DNA of 64,000 nucleotides from Mytilus galloprovincialis (Eukaryota): NCBI RefSeq assembly GCF_965363235.1, contig NC_134841.1, positions 74,781,723 to 74,845,722 of the forward strand, read 5' to 3'. Shown piece by piece: positions 38,331 to 49,320 of this stretch (position 1 is its first letter; each line of letters starts with the position of its first letter). The notes under the pieces were generated by a model. It saw only the letters and a program-made list of their open reading frames with translations, ran no database searches and was not told where the DNA came from. The position numbers and the translations under genes were made by a program.

Positions 38331-40830
38331 GTCATCTCCATTCTTATATCACACATTAAAATTGATAAATACCGTTGCTGAAAATGCTATAAATAAGAAA
38401 AATCCACCAATACAGTTATACAGTCAATAGCTCGACGTCGTAACTCCCGCATTTTTCTAAACATTTTCCAATCCCGTACGTAGGTGCAGTTGAAATTCCG
38501 CGAAACATGATGACATTTGCTTTCAAATTGTTTCATCGAGGCAAAAAGTTGGAAACTATTGACCGGTCAAATAGTTGAACGCTTGAAAATATTGTGTTCT
38601 TATTTCATACAGAAAATGGTAACTTAGGTATAATAAACATTCTTATTCGTTATTTACAACGTCACCAAAAACAACACGTTGGATTTCTTATGATCTACCC
38701 CGAAATTCAGCAAGCATATTTAGGATTTAAAAAACAAATGTTATATGCAAATAAAAAAATCTGATGTTTTTATTTATACGATTAGATTTGTGATAAGAAC
38801 GATCTTCCTTTTTGTAGGATTTTCTTTTCATAAGATCCACGCCGTGTGTGCAATCTTCTCATAGCGTAAGGGACTTAACTCAATTAATCTCTTTAGGTAA
38901 AGTTTCAGAAGAGTTAAGCATAGTTTCGAATGGATAGTTGAAAAATCTAACACATTACTTTAAATTCATATTTTGTATGAAAAATTGTAAATAGTGGAGC
39001 GAGAAGTAAGTGATGGACTAGATGTTCAAAAACGGGCGAGACTGTAAGGACAAAAATTCTGAAAAATGTAAAAAAAAAAAAAAAAAAAAAAAATGTTTTC
39101 ACTACAGGTAAGGACAGAGTAATTTTATCTCCTCCTTTTAACATTGAGTAACACTGTATCTGTAATTAGATAAAAGTTTCTTATGTTATATTTGACCATT
39201 CTTCTTACTTTTACAGCAAAGCGGTTTTATAACACTTATCTTTAACATGCAAACATTTTCTATATTGATTAAAGATTGTCAATCGTTTGTTAGAAACATT
39301 TGATTTACATTTGATTTATACATAGGACGTTCGCTAACCTGGATTAAAAACGTGCTTTCTTTGAGTCTCCGTATTTAATTGAGTTTGACCATTAGCTATA
39401 ATTCACAATAAAACAGGAAAAGATTGCTATTGAAGGGGCGCAGCTAGTTCTTTTTATCCATTTATAACGTAAGTATAACTTGACAACAAACTTTATTGCC
39501 AAAACATACCAATAAAATATCCTAGAGAATAACTTTAATCATCTCAACACAATTCCAATGGGTATGTCTCTATATTAATAAGTGGTATGATTGCCAATGA
39601 AGGAACCATCCAATAAAGGTAACAGTACTATACCGCTGTTCATAAATCGATTGATAGGAAACAAATCCGGGTAACAAACTAGTATTTGTTTAGGGGCCAG
39701 CTGAAGGACGCCTCCGTGTGCGAGAATTACTCGTTGCATTGAAGACCTGTTGGTGACCGTCTGCTGTTGTCTGCTCTATGGTCGGGTTGTTGTCTCTTTG
39801 GCACATTCCCCATTTCCATTCTCAATTTTAATACTGAGGGACACAAATTAATTATAAGATGAAACAACAGATAACAGAAACACTGAACAACAACAAAAGC
39901 AAACGCCAAATAGAAACGTTACATAGAAACGGAAATTGATAACAACTGCCAATTGCCTGACTTAGTAGAGGACACTGATGGGTTGAACCTGGTTTATATA
40001 GCTAGCTTATATGGCAAGTAGATTGCCATGTTAGATATTTATTACTGTTTTTCAAAAGATAAATTGTTCGTCTGTTTGCACGTTGTCTTCACCCTTGGCA
40101 GATTGAGCTAACATTTGTAATATCAATGTTGCGCCATCTATCGGAAGATTTAAGTCACGCCCATTCCGAAAACATTATTCTTGACCAATGGTAGCACTTG
40201 AACTCTTCAATATGGAGGCAAAAACAAGATTCTACACACTTGGTAAAGCCGGAAACGAAAATATACGTAAACATTCATGTACTTGTGCATGAAACATACA
40301 CAGGAACTTCTATTAGTTGATTAAAAAACATTCAAGTTGTCACTAAATATGGTCGTATGTTTAGTGATGTAAAGACTTGTTGCACAATAAACACGTGGCA
40401 ATTGTTTACAAACACTTTCTAAATCTACACGTGATCATGTTGTATAGGCGCTTTTTGATTAGATGCAGCGAGGTTCTACTGCAACCAATAAAAATCCTTA
40501 CCTTGTGGCTCCGAAATTTTATCTCGATCCGCCAAGGGTGAAAAGAATGGGAGTGGATCGTAACCCTTGGCTAGTGGAGATAGCACATGTTAACTACCTT
40601 GCAAACTGATGATGCATTAGTCAATGAATGAAGCATTTAAAAAAATATATGTCATCCAAATAAAGTGAGATATGTTTAATCAATATGTAGTTTACTTTCC
40701 AAATAATAATAATAATAAATTGTTTTTTTTATAACGTTTACCCTACATTCTTTTATTTTTGATTAAACAATGTATTACCATGCCAATAATGCCCGCATTT
40801 ATTATGGATCTTTGGCGATTAAAGACTTAT

Positions 40831-41438
40831 TGTTATGATATTGTAATTATTGTATTTATTTATGTTTGCCTGATTTGTATTGTGTGGCCTGATAGTTGTT
40901 TACAGAATAATTTTAGAATTGTGCAGTTTAGAAATCTCTGGAACAATTACAGAATGATTGGAACTTTCCAGAATGATTCTAATAAAAGATGCATTATATA
41001 AACTTCTACATTTAACTAGAAACTTCTGTTGTAACTTTCTAGGATGTTCCATTATAGACTGTTCTAGAATCTTCCATGACAAATATATATATATACAGAC
41101 ACTAAAGTTAAACTCACTCTTGGACTTACTCTTGGACTTACACTCTTGGACTTAGACTAAGACATCGATAGACATTAATATTCATAGCATTTGGATTGAC
41201 ACTTTTATTCTACAAACAACATCATACTGGATTGTGACCGTAATATTCAGATTGGATTCCGAAAGATATCTGGATACAGATAAAGATAAAAGATTGGACT
41301 CATATTTTGACAGTTAAGTTGACAGTAATATTTGTTTAATACTTCTTGTAAACATTTGTATAATAAATATTGTTAAATTTTCTTATTGATTTGTGTCTTT
41401 TGTTGGCTACAATTTAAAGGCGATTTCTGGCCGTAACA
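40831..41438 (+). repeat. 5' LTR (608 bp, TG..CA, contains TATAAA ~40998 and AATAAA ~40980)
   Basis: Aligns with 46307-46918. Differences include an (AT)n length change, A/T at ~41000, AGACTA/AGACTTAG and a few SNPs. Confidence 0.9.
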
Positions 41439-41443
41439 GAAAT

Positions 41444-41461
41444 TGGGGGCTCGTCCGGGAT
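41444..41461 (+). other. Primer-binding site complementary to the 3' end of tRNA-Pro (TGGGGGCTCGTCCGGGAT)
   Basis: 18 nt, exact reverse complement of ..ATCCCGGACGAGCCCCCA, the vertebrate tRNA-Pro 3' end as recalled from established knowledge. Lies 5 nt after the LTR. Confidence 0.7.
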
Positions 41462-41538
41462 ACTGAAAATATCTTATTCAAAATTTGTTTAGTAATTTTT
41501 ATTATAACTAGCCAACAAAATTCTACAAAATCTACAAA

Positions 41539-42093
41539 ATGGCATTTGATGCCGGTAAATTTTTGAAAACGCCAGACCTGGAGGGGTTTGATAATTTAAA
41601 GAAAGAGGAATTAGTGTTGCTTGCTAAACATCTGAAATTGAGTTTTAAGGTATCTATGAGAAAACAAATTATAAAAAATTTGGTAATAGACAAATTAGTT
41701 GAAGCAGAAATTTTAGGTGAAGAGGCTCTTGAACTTAAGGTCGAAAATGTTGACGCCTTTAAATTAAAACAGCTTGAATTAGAACATGATCTTAAGTTAA
41801 AAGAACTAGAAATGAAGGAGATGGAGAAAATAAAAATAAAAGAACTTGAAATGAAGGAAAGGTTGGAAATGGAGAAAATAAAAGAAAAAGAAGATGAATT
41901 TAAATTAAAACAAGATGAATTTAAGTTAAAACAGACAGAACTTGAAATGAGGGAAAGACTAGAGATGGAGAAACTAAAACTTGAAATGGTCAAAGAAGAA
42001 AGCAACACTAAAGTCCAGTCGAAATCAGAATATTTTGATGCAGCAAAAAATATACGTTTGGTTCCCAAATTTTGTGAAAAAAACAGTCGATAA
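41539..42093 (+). CDS. gag N-terminal part: K/E-rich coiled-coil region; frame changes in an A7 run near 42076-42084
   Basis: MAFDAGKFLKTPDLEGFDNLKKEEL.. then repetitive LKELEMKEMEKIKIKELEMKERLEMEK.. The antisense S-rich ORF 41532-42146 is its low-complexity mirror. The gag-like sequence continues in the next frame (FPNFVKKTVDKYFPQFEKIA..). Confidence 0.6.
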   Translation: MAFDAGKFLKTPDLEGFDNLKKEELVLLAKHLKLSFKVSMRKQIIKNLVIDKLVEAEILGEEALELKVENVDAFKLKQLELEHDLKLKELEMKEMEKIKIKELEMKERLEMEKIKEKEDEFKLKQDEFKLKQTELEMRERLEMEKLKLEMVKEESNTKVQSKSEYFDAAKNIRLVPKFCEKNSR

Positions 42094-43315
42094 ATATTTT
42101 CCACAGTTTGAGAAAATTGCTCATAATTTGAAGTGGCCAAGGCCATATTGGACTACAATGCTACAAAGTGTTTTTGAGGGTAAGGCCGCTGAAATATACT
42201 CCGCACTTCCATCAGAAAAAAGTTCCGATTATGACACGGTGAAACAAGAAGTTTTGAAAGCTTATGAGCTAGTACCAGAAGCATATAGACAGAAATTTAG
42301 ATCTTATAAAAAGTTTGATTCGCAAACCTATGTGGAATTTGCTCGGGAAAAAGAAGATCTATTTGATAAATGGCTCACTTCAAAGAAAACAGATAACAAT
42401 TTTGATAACCTAAGACAATTGATGTTATTAGAAGAATTCAGACAATGTGTTCATTTAGACTTAAAAACACATTTAGACGACAAAACTGTTGGGACAATAC
42501 ATGATGCAGCTGTAATTTCAGATAATTATACCCTTTCACATAAAAGAAGTTTCAAGGGTCAAAATGTTAATACTTCAAGTGGAAATTACAAAAATCAAAG
42601 CACTGAGCGTACTGATAGTAAGCCTGTTGCACAGAATAAGAGTCAGTCCAGTTGTAATATGTCTAGTCCAAAATTTGATATTTTTGAGAAGAAGTCACTG
42701 ATTTGTGCTTATTGTAAGAAAAATGGTCACCTGATGGCTGATTGTTTTAAACTCCAGAAGAAGAATGAACGAGATAATAAGCCGAAGTCCAGTGCTTGTA
42801 CGACACCTTATATTACCAGTACGTTGGAATGTCCTGCGAGTCAGGCTTTTAAGTCCAGTTTTTGTGATTACATGGAGGAATATAAACCCTTTATGTCTGA
42901 TGGGTTTATTTCTATTGTTGATGATACCACTCTTCAGCCTATTAAGATTTTAAGGGACACTGGAGCTTCTCAGTCTTTATTGTTAGAAGGTGTGTTGCCT
43001 TTGTCCGAGAAGACTTCTGTTGGTGCCTCCATTTTGTTACAAGGTGTAGAGTTAGGTTGTATAGATGTTCCTCTCCATCGTATTTATCTGAAGTCAGATT
43101 TGATAACTGGACCAGTTATTGTGGGTGTTCGTCCTAATCTCCCTGTTGAGGGTGTTACATTATTGCTAGGAAATGAACTAGCTAGGAACAAAGTGGTTGC
43201 TGAACCAATTGTTACCAGTGAACCGGTGGTGGATGTTAAATTACCTGAAGATGATGCTGAATTGTATCCAGCTTGTGTTGTCACTAGGGCGATGGCTAGA
43301 AAAACAACAAGATGA
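41981..43315 (+). CDS. gag (capsid-like + CCHC zinc knuckle CAYCKKNGHLMADC at ~42704-42745) and aspartic protease (ILRDTGASQSLL)
   Basis: CX2CX4HX4C knuckle and D-T-G-A protease motif seen in translation. Confidence 0.75.
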   Translation: MKWSKKKATLKSSRNQNILMQQKIYVWFPNFVKKTVDKYFPQFEKIAHNLKWPRPYWTTMLQSVFEGKAAEIYSALPSEKSSDYDTVKQEVLKAYELVPEAYRQKFRSYKKFDSQTYVEFAREKEDLFDKWLTSKKTDNNFDNLRQLMLLEEFRQCVHLDLKTHLDDKTVGTIHDAAVISDNYTLSHKRSFKGQNVNTSSGNYKNQSTERTDSKPVAQNKSQSSCNMSSPKFDIFEKKSLICAYCKKNGHLMADCFKLQKKNERDNKPKSSACTTPYITSTLECPASQAFKSSFCDYMEEYKPFMSDGFISIVDDTTLQPIKILRDTGASQSLLLEGVLPLSEKTSVGASILLQGVELGCIDVPLHRIYLKSDLITGPVIVGVRPNLPVEGVTLLLGNELARNKVVAEPIVTSEPVVDVKLPEDDAELYPACVVTRAMARKTTR

Positions 43316-43584
43316 GGATTTGCAAGAAAACCAGTTTGATTACATGGACCTTTCTGACACTTTCCTAGCCGACATTGAAGGTCCTGGTAGCTCAGAAAAG
43401 GCCATAAGACCAACTTATGTTAACAAGAATGTAATTATGCCATGGCCAGACGTAAACAGCCATTCATTAAACAGAAAGAACTTTTTGGAAGAACAAAATA
43501 AAGACCCTGAAGTTCTTCAGCTCTGCAAGAGGGCTCAACCACAGGAGGAAGCAGACAAAGAAGCAGACAGAGGAGGAATGGAGA

Positions 43585-44307
43585 GTGGTATACCAAGTGG
43601 TGGTGCCTAAAGTTTATAGGCAAGAAATTATTGGTCTTGCCCATGACATCCCCTTGGCTGGACACTTAGGTATAAGGAAGACTTGCCTTAAGATCTTGCA
43701 GCATTTCTACTGGCCAAGACTTAGAAATGATGTTGCAGAATACTGCAAATCATGTCATATATGCCAGGTTGTTGGTAAGCCTAATCAGAAAATACCACCA
43801 GCACCGCTTCTGCCTATTCCAGCCTTTGACGAACCTTACAGCAGAGTTCTAATTGACTGCGTTGGACCTTTACCAAAGACCAAAACTGGAAATGCGTATT
43901 TATTGACAATCATGTGTACATCCACTCGCTTTCCTGAGGCTATTCCGCTAAGAAATATCAAGACACCTACTATTGTCAAAGCTCTTATCAAATTTTTCAC
44001 GTTAGTAGGACTTCCTAAGTCTATACAGTCCGACCAGGGATCAAATTTCATGTCAGGTTTATTTCAGCAAGTCGTGTACCAGTTAGGGATTGCTCAGAAT
44101 AGATCAAGTGCGTACCATCCAGAATCTCAAGGTGCCTTAGAACGTTTTCATCAAACATTGAAGAACATGATTAGAACTTTTTGTCTTCAATTTGACAGAG
44201 ACTGGGATGATGGAGTTCACTTTCTACTTTTTGCAGTCCGAGAGGCTGTTCAAGAATCCCTTGGATTTAGTCCCTTTGAGTTGGTATTTGGCCATACTGT
44301 AAGGTGA
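43585..44307 (+). CDS. Integrase: HHCC zinc-binding N-terminus + DDE catalytic core; ends at in-frame TGA (44305-44307)
   Basis: AGHLGIRKTCLKILQHFYWPRLRNDVAEYCKSCHICQ (H..H..C..C); LIDCVGPL.. (D), SDQGSNFMS (D), YHPESQGALERFHQTLK (E). Confidence 0.8.
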   Translation: MVYQVVVPKVYRQEIIGLAHDIPLAGHLGIRKTCLKILQHFYWPRLRNDVAEYCKSCHICQVVGKPNQKIPPAPLLPIPAFDEPYSRVLIDCVGPLPKTKTGNAYLLTIMCTSTRFPEAIPLRNIKTPTIVKALIKFFTLVGLPKSIQSDQGSNFMSGLFQQVVYQLGIAQNRSSAYHPESQGALERFHQTLKNMIRTFCLQFDRDWDDGVHFLLFAVREAVQESLGFSPFELVFGHTVR

Positions 44308-44316
44308 CCGTTAAAA

Positions 44317-44889
44317 TTGATTAAGGAAAAGTGGCTTACTGAACATACTGACTTGAATCTTTTAGACTATGTATCTAGATTTAAAGAAAAATTGTATACT
44401 GCTTGTCAAATTGCTCAGAAAAACTTAAAAAATGTACAGAACAAGATGAAAATATGGTATGATAAAGATGCCAGGGATAGAGTTTTTGAGCCTGGTGATA
44501 AGGTACTTGTATTTTTGACAGTCCCTGGACATCCTTTACAGGCTAAATATTGTGGTCCTTATACAATAGAGAGTAAAATCAATGATTTGAATTATATTGT
44601 AAAAACTCCAGGTCGGCGCAAACAAAACAGAGTGTGTCATATTAATATGTTAAAACCATATTTTGAGCGTACTAATGAATGTGAGAGTGAACCAGTTGCC
44701 ACTTTAGGCATGGTTAAATTTGAGAACAATTATGACAAACCAGATGTAATTGAACCACCTTTTAGTTCTAAAACTATGGAAGAGACAGTTAGATTGAAAA
44801 ATTCTGAAATTGTGTCAAATCTAGACTCAAAACTTGCACATCTGTCTTTTGATCGTAGAGAAGAAATAAAAACTGGTATTTTCTTTTAA
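44317..44889 (+). CDS. Integrase C-terminal region (same frame as 43585-44307, separated by a single TGA)
   Basis: Frame continuity computed: 43585 and 44317 are both frame 1. Contains a GDKVLVF SH3-like segment typical of IN C-termini. Confidence 0.6.
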   Translation: MIKEKWLTEHTDLNLLDYVSRFKEKLYTACQIAQKNLKNVQNKMKIWYDKDARDRVFEPGDKVLVFLTVPGHPLQAKYCGPYTIESKINDLNYIVKTPGRRKQNRVCHINMLKPYFERTNECESEPVATLGMVKFENNYDKPDVIEPPFSSKTMEETVRLKNSEIVSNLDSKLAHLSFDRREEIKTGIFF

Positions 44890-44905
44890 AAATCTTTTTC
44901 CAGAT

Positions 44906-46216
44906 GTGCCAAACAAAACCACTGCTGTTTGTCATGATGTTGATGTAGGAGATTCTTCTCCAATTAAGCAACATCCTTACCGGCTTAATCCACTCACACT
45001 TGAAGCTATGAGAAAAGAAATTAAATATATGCTTGACAATGATATTATTGAGCCGAGTAACAGTGAATGGAGCTCTCCTTGTCTCCTTGTGCCAAAACCA
45101 GATAAAACCTTTCGTTTCGTGACTGATTTCAGAAAAGTAAATTCAGTCTCAAAATCTGATTCCTATCCGATTCCAAGGATAGACGATTGTATTGACAACA
45201 TTGGTCAAGCAAAATTTGTGAGCAAATTTGAATTGTTGAAAGGCTATTGGCAAGTTCCATTGACACAGAGAGCTCGTGAAATATCAGCTTTTGTTACACC
45301 AGATGGTTTATTTCAATACACTGTAATGCCGTTTGGCATGCAAAGTGCACCAGCTACATTTCAAAGAATGATCAATAATGTTATAAAAGATTTAAACTGT
45401 TGTTATGCTTATATTGATGATCTAATTGTATGTAGTGATAGCTGGGAACAGCATTTAACGCATTTGTATGATACTTTTGATAGATTGTCACAATCAAATT
45501 TGACTGTTAATCTTGGTAAAACTGAATTTTGTCAGGCCACTGTTGATTATTTAGGGCATACAGTTGGCCAAGGTCAAGTGAAACCTATTATGGCTAAAGT
45601 GGAAGCTATTTCCAAATTTCCTCCTCCTACAAATAGGAAACAACTTATGAGATATTTAGGCATGATTGGATTTTACAGAAATTTTTTTTCAAATTTTGCT
45701 ACTGTGGTTCAACCACTGACTCATCTTTTACGAAAAGATTCTAAATTTATCTGGAGTGAAAATTGTCAAAACGCTTTTGAAAATAGCAAATCACTTTTAA
45801 TTAATAGTCCAGTTCTGATTACTCCAGACTTTGAAAAACAATTTAAACTTGCCGTTGATGCAAGCGATGTAGGAATTGGAGCTGTTTTATATCAAGAGAC
45901 AGATGATAATGTTGAGAAACCTATATCATATTTTCCCAAGAAATTAGATAAACATCAGAAAAATTATTCAACTATTGAAAAAGAGTGTTTTGCAATGTTG
46001 TCAGCACTTCAACATTTTGATGTATATTTGAATCCCACTGTATATCCTATTCTTGTTTGTACTGATCATAATCCTCTCACCTTCATACATAAAATGAGAA
46101 ACAAGAATCAGAGGTTGACTAGGTGGAGTTTATTGTTACAGGAATATGATGTAATTGTAAAACATATTAAGGGTAAAGATAATGTAATAGCAGATGCTTT
46201 ATCTAGAGCTTATTAA
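44906..46216 (+). CDS. Reverse transcriptase + RNase H (gypsy-type), located downstream of integrase
   Basis: LLVPKPDKTFRFVTDFRKVN; FQYTVMPFGMQSAPATFQRMIN; YAYIDDLIVCS (YxDD). RNase H: LAVDASDVGIGAVLYQ .. TIEKECFAML .. TDHNPLTF. Confidence 0.85.
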   Translation: MPNKTTAVCHDVDVGDSSPIKQHPYRLNPLTLEAMRKEIKYMLDNDIIEPSNSEWSSPCLLVPKPDKTFRFVTDFRKVNSVSKSDSYPIPRIDDCIDNIGQAKFVSKFELLKGYWQVPLTQRAREISAFVTPDGLFQYTVMPFGMQSAPATFQRMINNVIKDLNCCYAYIDDLIVCSDSWEQHLTHLYDTFDRLSQSNLTVNLGKTEFCQATVDYLGHTVGQGQVKPIMAKVEAISKFPPPTNRKQLMRYLGMIGFYRNFFSNFATVVQPLTHLLRKDSKFIWSENCQNAFENSKSLLINSPVLITPDFEKQFKLAVDASDVGIGAVLYQETDDNVEKPISYFPKKLDKHQKNYSTIEKECFAMLSALQHFDVYLNPTVYPILVCTDHNPLTFIHKMRNKNQRLTRWSLLLQEYDVIVKHIKGKDNVIADALSRAY

Positions 46217-46295
46217 AACACTTTGTACATGTATATACTATGTATTTTTGTTCATGTTATTCATGATAAGTTTTTGTTACACTAAAACTTCTTTT

Positions 46296-46306
46296 AAGGG
46301 GGGAGG
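46296..46306 (+). other. Polypurine tract AAGGGGGGAGG immediately 5' of the 3' LTR
   Basis: Seen directly; abuts TGTT at 46307. Confidence 0.75.
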
Positions 46307-46918
46307 TGTTATGATATTGTAATTATTGTATTTATTTATGTTTGCCTGATTTGTATTGTGTGGCCTGATAGTTGTTTACAGAATAATTTTAGAATTGTGC
46401 AGTTTAGAAATCTCTGGAACAATTACAGAATGATTGGAACTTTCCAGAATGATTCTAATAAAAGATGCATTATATAAACTTCTACATTTTACTAGAAACT
46501 TCTGTTGTAACTTTCTAGGATGTTCCATTATAGACTGTTCTAGAATCTTCCATGACAAATATATATATATATATACAGACACTAAAGTTAAACTCACTCT
46601 TGGACTTACTCTTGGACTTACACTCTTGGACTTAGACTTAGACATCGATAGACATTAATATTCATAGCATTTGGATTGACACTTTCATTCTACAAACAAC
46701 ATCATACTGGATTGTGACCGTAATATTCAGATTGGATTCCGAAAGATATCTGGATACAGATAAAGATAAACGATTGGACTCATATTTTGACAGTTAAGTT
46801 GACAGTAATATTTGTGTAATACTTCTTGTAAACATTTGTATAATAAATATTGTTAAATTTTTTTATTGATTTGTGTCTTTTGTTGGCTACAATTTAAAGG
46901 CGATTTCTGGCCGTAACA
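46307..46918 (+). repeat. 3' LTR (612 bp)
   Basis: Aligns with the 5' LTR at ~99% identity. Shared spurious ORFs (e.g. MSWKILEQSIMEHPRKLQQKF.. at 40900-41082(-) and 46376-46645(-)) confirm the duplication. Confidence 0.9.
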
Positions 46919-48419
46919 TTATGACAGTGTTACATTTCGCCGTTTCAGAATCTGATGCATTCTGGATAATATTTTCAAAAGGTACACCAAGACGTCGTGA
47001 TTTGTTAAACCGTTCTAAACAATGAAAACCTATCCAATGACGTTACGTTATTTTTTATTTTGGTGTACGAACAATGAGAGGCGAATGTCCATGCATGTCT
47101 AAAGTAAGAAAAATTATAACTACGTTGGTTGATAATTTTATAAATATGTCTTTTTTCGCGTGAATGTGAGACCATATTTCCACTTCATGTTAATTATAAT
47201 TATAAACACTAGGTTTTAATATGATTATAATGTAATCCTGGTACCGAAAAACATATTGACTGGGATTTCAGTTCAGTAACAACTTTAGTTCAAAATGCAA
47301 AACAGTTTTCGGAAAATCTTTTAAGAATTGAATGCTTCTTTTTGTAAATTCATTGGGGTGTAAAAACGCTGACGGAAGTTAATTTTGTATGAAACGCGGT
47401 CAACTTTTTACAACCCTGTGAAATTACTAAAAGAAGCATTCAATACTTGTATAACATTTTTCTCGCAATGATCATGAAAACACGATTACTATGAAGTTTT
47501 GTTCTTTTATTTATCTGTGCAGTTTGTTGTGGAAACGTGTGTCATCATCCAAAAAGGAAATAGATCAACCTTACCGAATTTCATAAATATTGATATTTGT
47601 AAAACAAAATCTGATAGATTAGTTCTCAGTACATGTTTTAAAATGTGGTCAGTGCTGATTCCCTAGCAATTAATAGGGTCGATATTCTAATATGGATCTA
47701 AAAACAATGCTTTTGTATGTATTGTAACAGGAAAGATACCATTTCTTTTCAGTCCACCAATGCTATGCCTTATAAAAGAATAAACACAGGTTTATTGTAT
47801 TCAGTTAAAACACCGAGACAAATTTGCACACTATTGACCAACAGTTTGCCAGTCATGATGAATCACTCCAAAATATATCAATGGCTATCGCTCATTATAA
47901 AAATCTGTCTTATTTTTTAGATGATTTACATTTTTGCACATAGACATTAATATTAACATTCAACATTACACATAAACTTACTTGTCACTTTTTTTTAATT
48001 GTTTCCTGAAAGTCACTGTTACTTCCATCTTATCTTTTTTTTTTATCAATAAATACGCAAAATAAAGATCGACTGTTTTTATATCAAATGGAGCCGACTT
48101 CAACGCGTACTCCTTATCAAACTGAATATACGTTTGCATGCACGTATGCTATGTCGATGAGGAATTTTCAGCCCACAACTTCCTTTTAAATCGTTCTTGA
48201 TCTTTTTCAAAGTCAAGCAACAGTTTTGAGCATCTTGATATATATAAAGTAAACCAAAGGTGTCTCAACATACATCAAGCTAAAAGATAAGACTACAACA
48301 AAACTTGGAGAAAATTTAAAGATAAACCACACGAATCACAGTACCAACACTAAAAAACAAATTGAAAAAGTTAGTATTGCTTCGTTTCATAAAAAATAAG
48401 AATGGTCAACGAATATACA

Positions 48420-48762
48420 AATTCTTGTCTCACAAATGATACATCATACTTTGTAAAAATCATTCTGATTCCAACAAAAATTCTCTGAAACTGACATTGT
48501 CAAGAAACTTGATTACTTGATTGACAACATTTTTTGTTACGTTTGGAGGACGTGTCTTTCAACAAAATATCGGCATTCCCATGGGAACCAATTGTGCCCC
48601 TATTCTTGCCGACTTGTTCATATGAGACTGACTTCATACATGAACTTCTTAGAAAGAAAGAAACGAAGTAAGCTTATCCTTAACTTTACTTTCCGCTATA
48701 TAGATGATATTATCTCACCAAATAATTCAAATTTGGTGACTATTCCATCTAACAAGAGATAA
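48420..48762 (+). pseudogene. Penelope-like element reverse-transcriptase remnant (frameshifted)
   Basis: Translation QQNIGIPMGTNCAPILADLFL(Y)(S)YETDFI (frame A), then after a frameshift FTFRYIDDIISPNNSNLVTIP (motif C). The G-x-x-MG-(S/T)-x-x-x-P-x-LA-(N/D)-(I/L)-F-(M/L) signature is characteristic of PLE/TERT-type RTs (established knowledge: Penelope GVAMGSPLGPVLANIFM). Upstream DTSYFVKIILIPTKIL is weakly RT-motif-2-like. Confidence 0.5.
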
Positions 48763-49320
48763 AGGTTACAGCAAATACAGTTAAGTCTGCATCATATCTT
48801 GACTGACATCTAAACATGGACAATGAGGGTCGGTTGAATACAAAAATTAACGACAAAAATGATGAGTGTAGCTTACCAATTGTGAACTTTCCATTTCTAT
48901 GTAGCAATATTCAATGCAGCAGCGCCTACATACGGAGTATATATTTCCCAACTAATGTGATATTCCCGAGCTTGTTTTCCTTGATAGAGGGTTGCTGTTC
49001 ACAAGGAAGCTATTAACCCTAGAGTTCCAAAAGGGGAAGTTGAAATCATCCCTTCGTAATTACGGACGCCATCACGAGTTGGTTGACCATTATGGGATAA
49101 CCGTTGTTCAGATGATATCGGATATGTTTCTTTTTTTTATAATACAATCAAGTTCCCCTTTTCGCGAATGGGACATAGCGAATTTTACTATTTATTGGCT
49201 CTGTAATAACATGAGCAACGCGACGGGTGTCACATGTGGAGCAGGTTATGCTTACCATTTCGGAGCACCTAATATCACTCCAGTTTTTTTTGTGGGATTC
49301 GTGTTGCTTAGTCTTTAATT
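48763..49320 (-). mobile_element. Second copy of the interspersed repeat family contiguous with the PLE RT (reverse orientation relative to 22640-23660)
   Basis: See 22640-23660. Contains GCAGCAGCGCCTACATACGGAGTATATATTTCCCAACTAATGTG and GGACGCCATCACGAGTTGGTTGACC blocks matching the other copy. Confidence 0.45.

Larger units (their letters stand above)
40831..46918 (+). mobile_element. LTR retrotransposon, Ty3/gypsy Gmr1-like (gag-PR-IN-RT-RNaseH order), young; 4-bp TSD TTAT (40827-40830 / 46919-46922)
   Basis: Direct LTRs 40831-41438 and 46307-46918 (TGTT...AACA) differ at ~7 positions. Has PBS, PPT and a full set of retroelement domains. See sub-features. Confidence 0.9.

Noticed and set aside
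39064-39092. A(~27) run (and A16 at 35361-35376, A14 at 23927-23941)
   Set aside because: Could be retroposon tails, but no recognisable upstream SINE/LINE body or TSD was found.
40088-40575. Inverted 11-bp repeat TCACCCTTGGC / GCCAAGGGTGA ~430 bp apart (plus AACCCTTGGCTAG) just upstream of the LTR element
   Set aside because: Too short and single-copy in the window to call a MITE or foldback; could be chance.
40900-41082. Identical 60-89-aa ORFs at 40900-41082(-)/46376-46645(-) and 40958-41155(+)/46434-46658(+)
   Set aside because: They lie in the two LTRs and reflect LTR duplication. No protein features.
41532-42146. 204-aa serine-rich ORF on the minus strand
   Set aside because: Reverse complement of the K/E-rich gag coiled-coil repeats; low-complexity mirror artefact.
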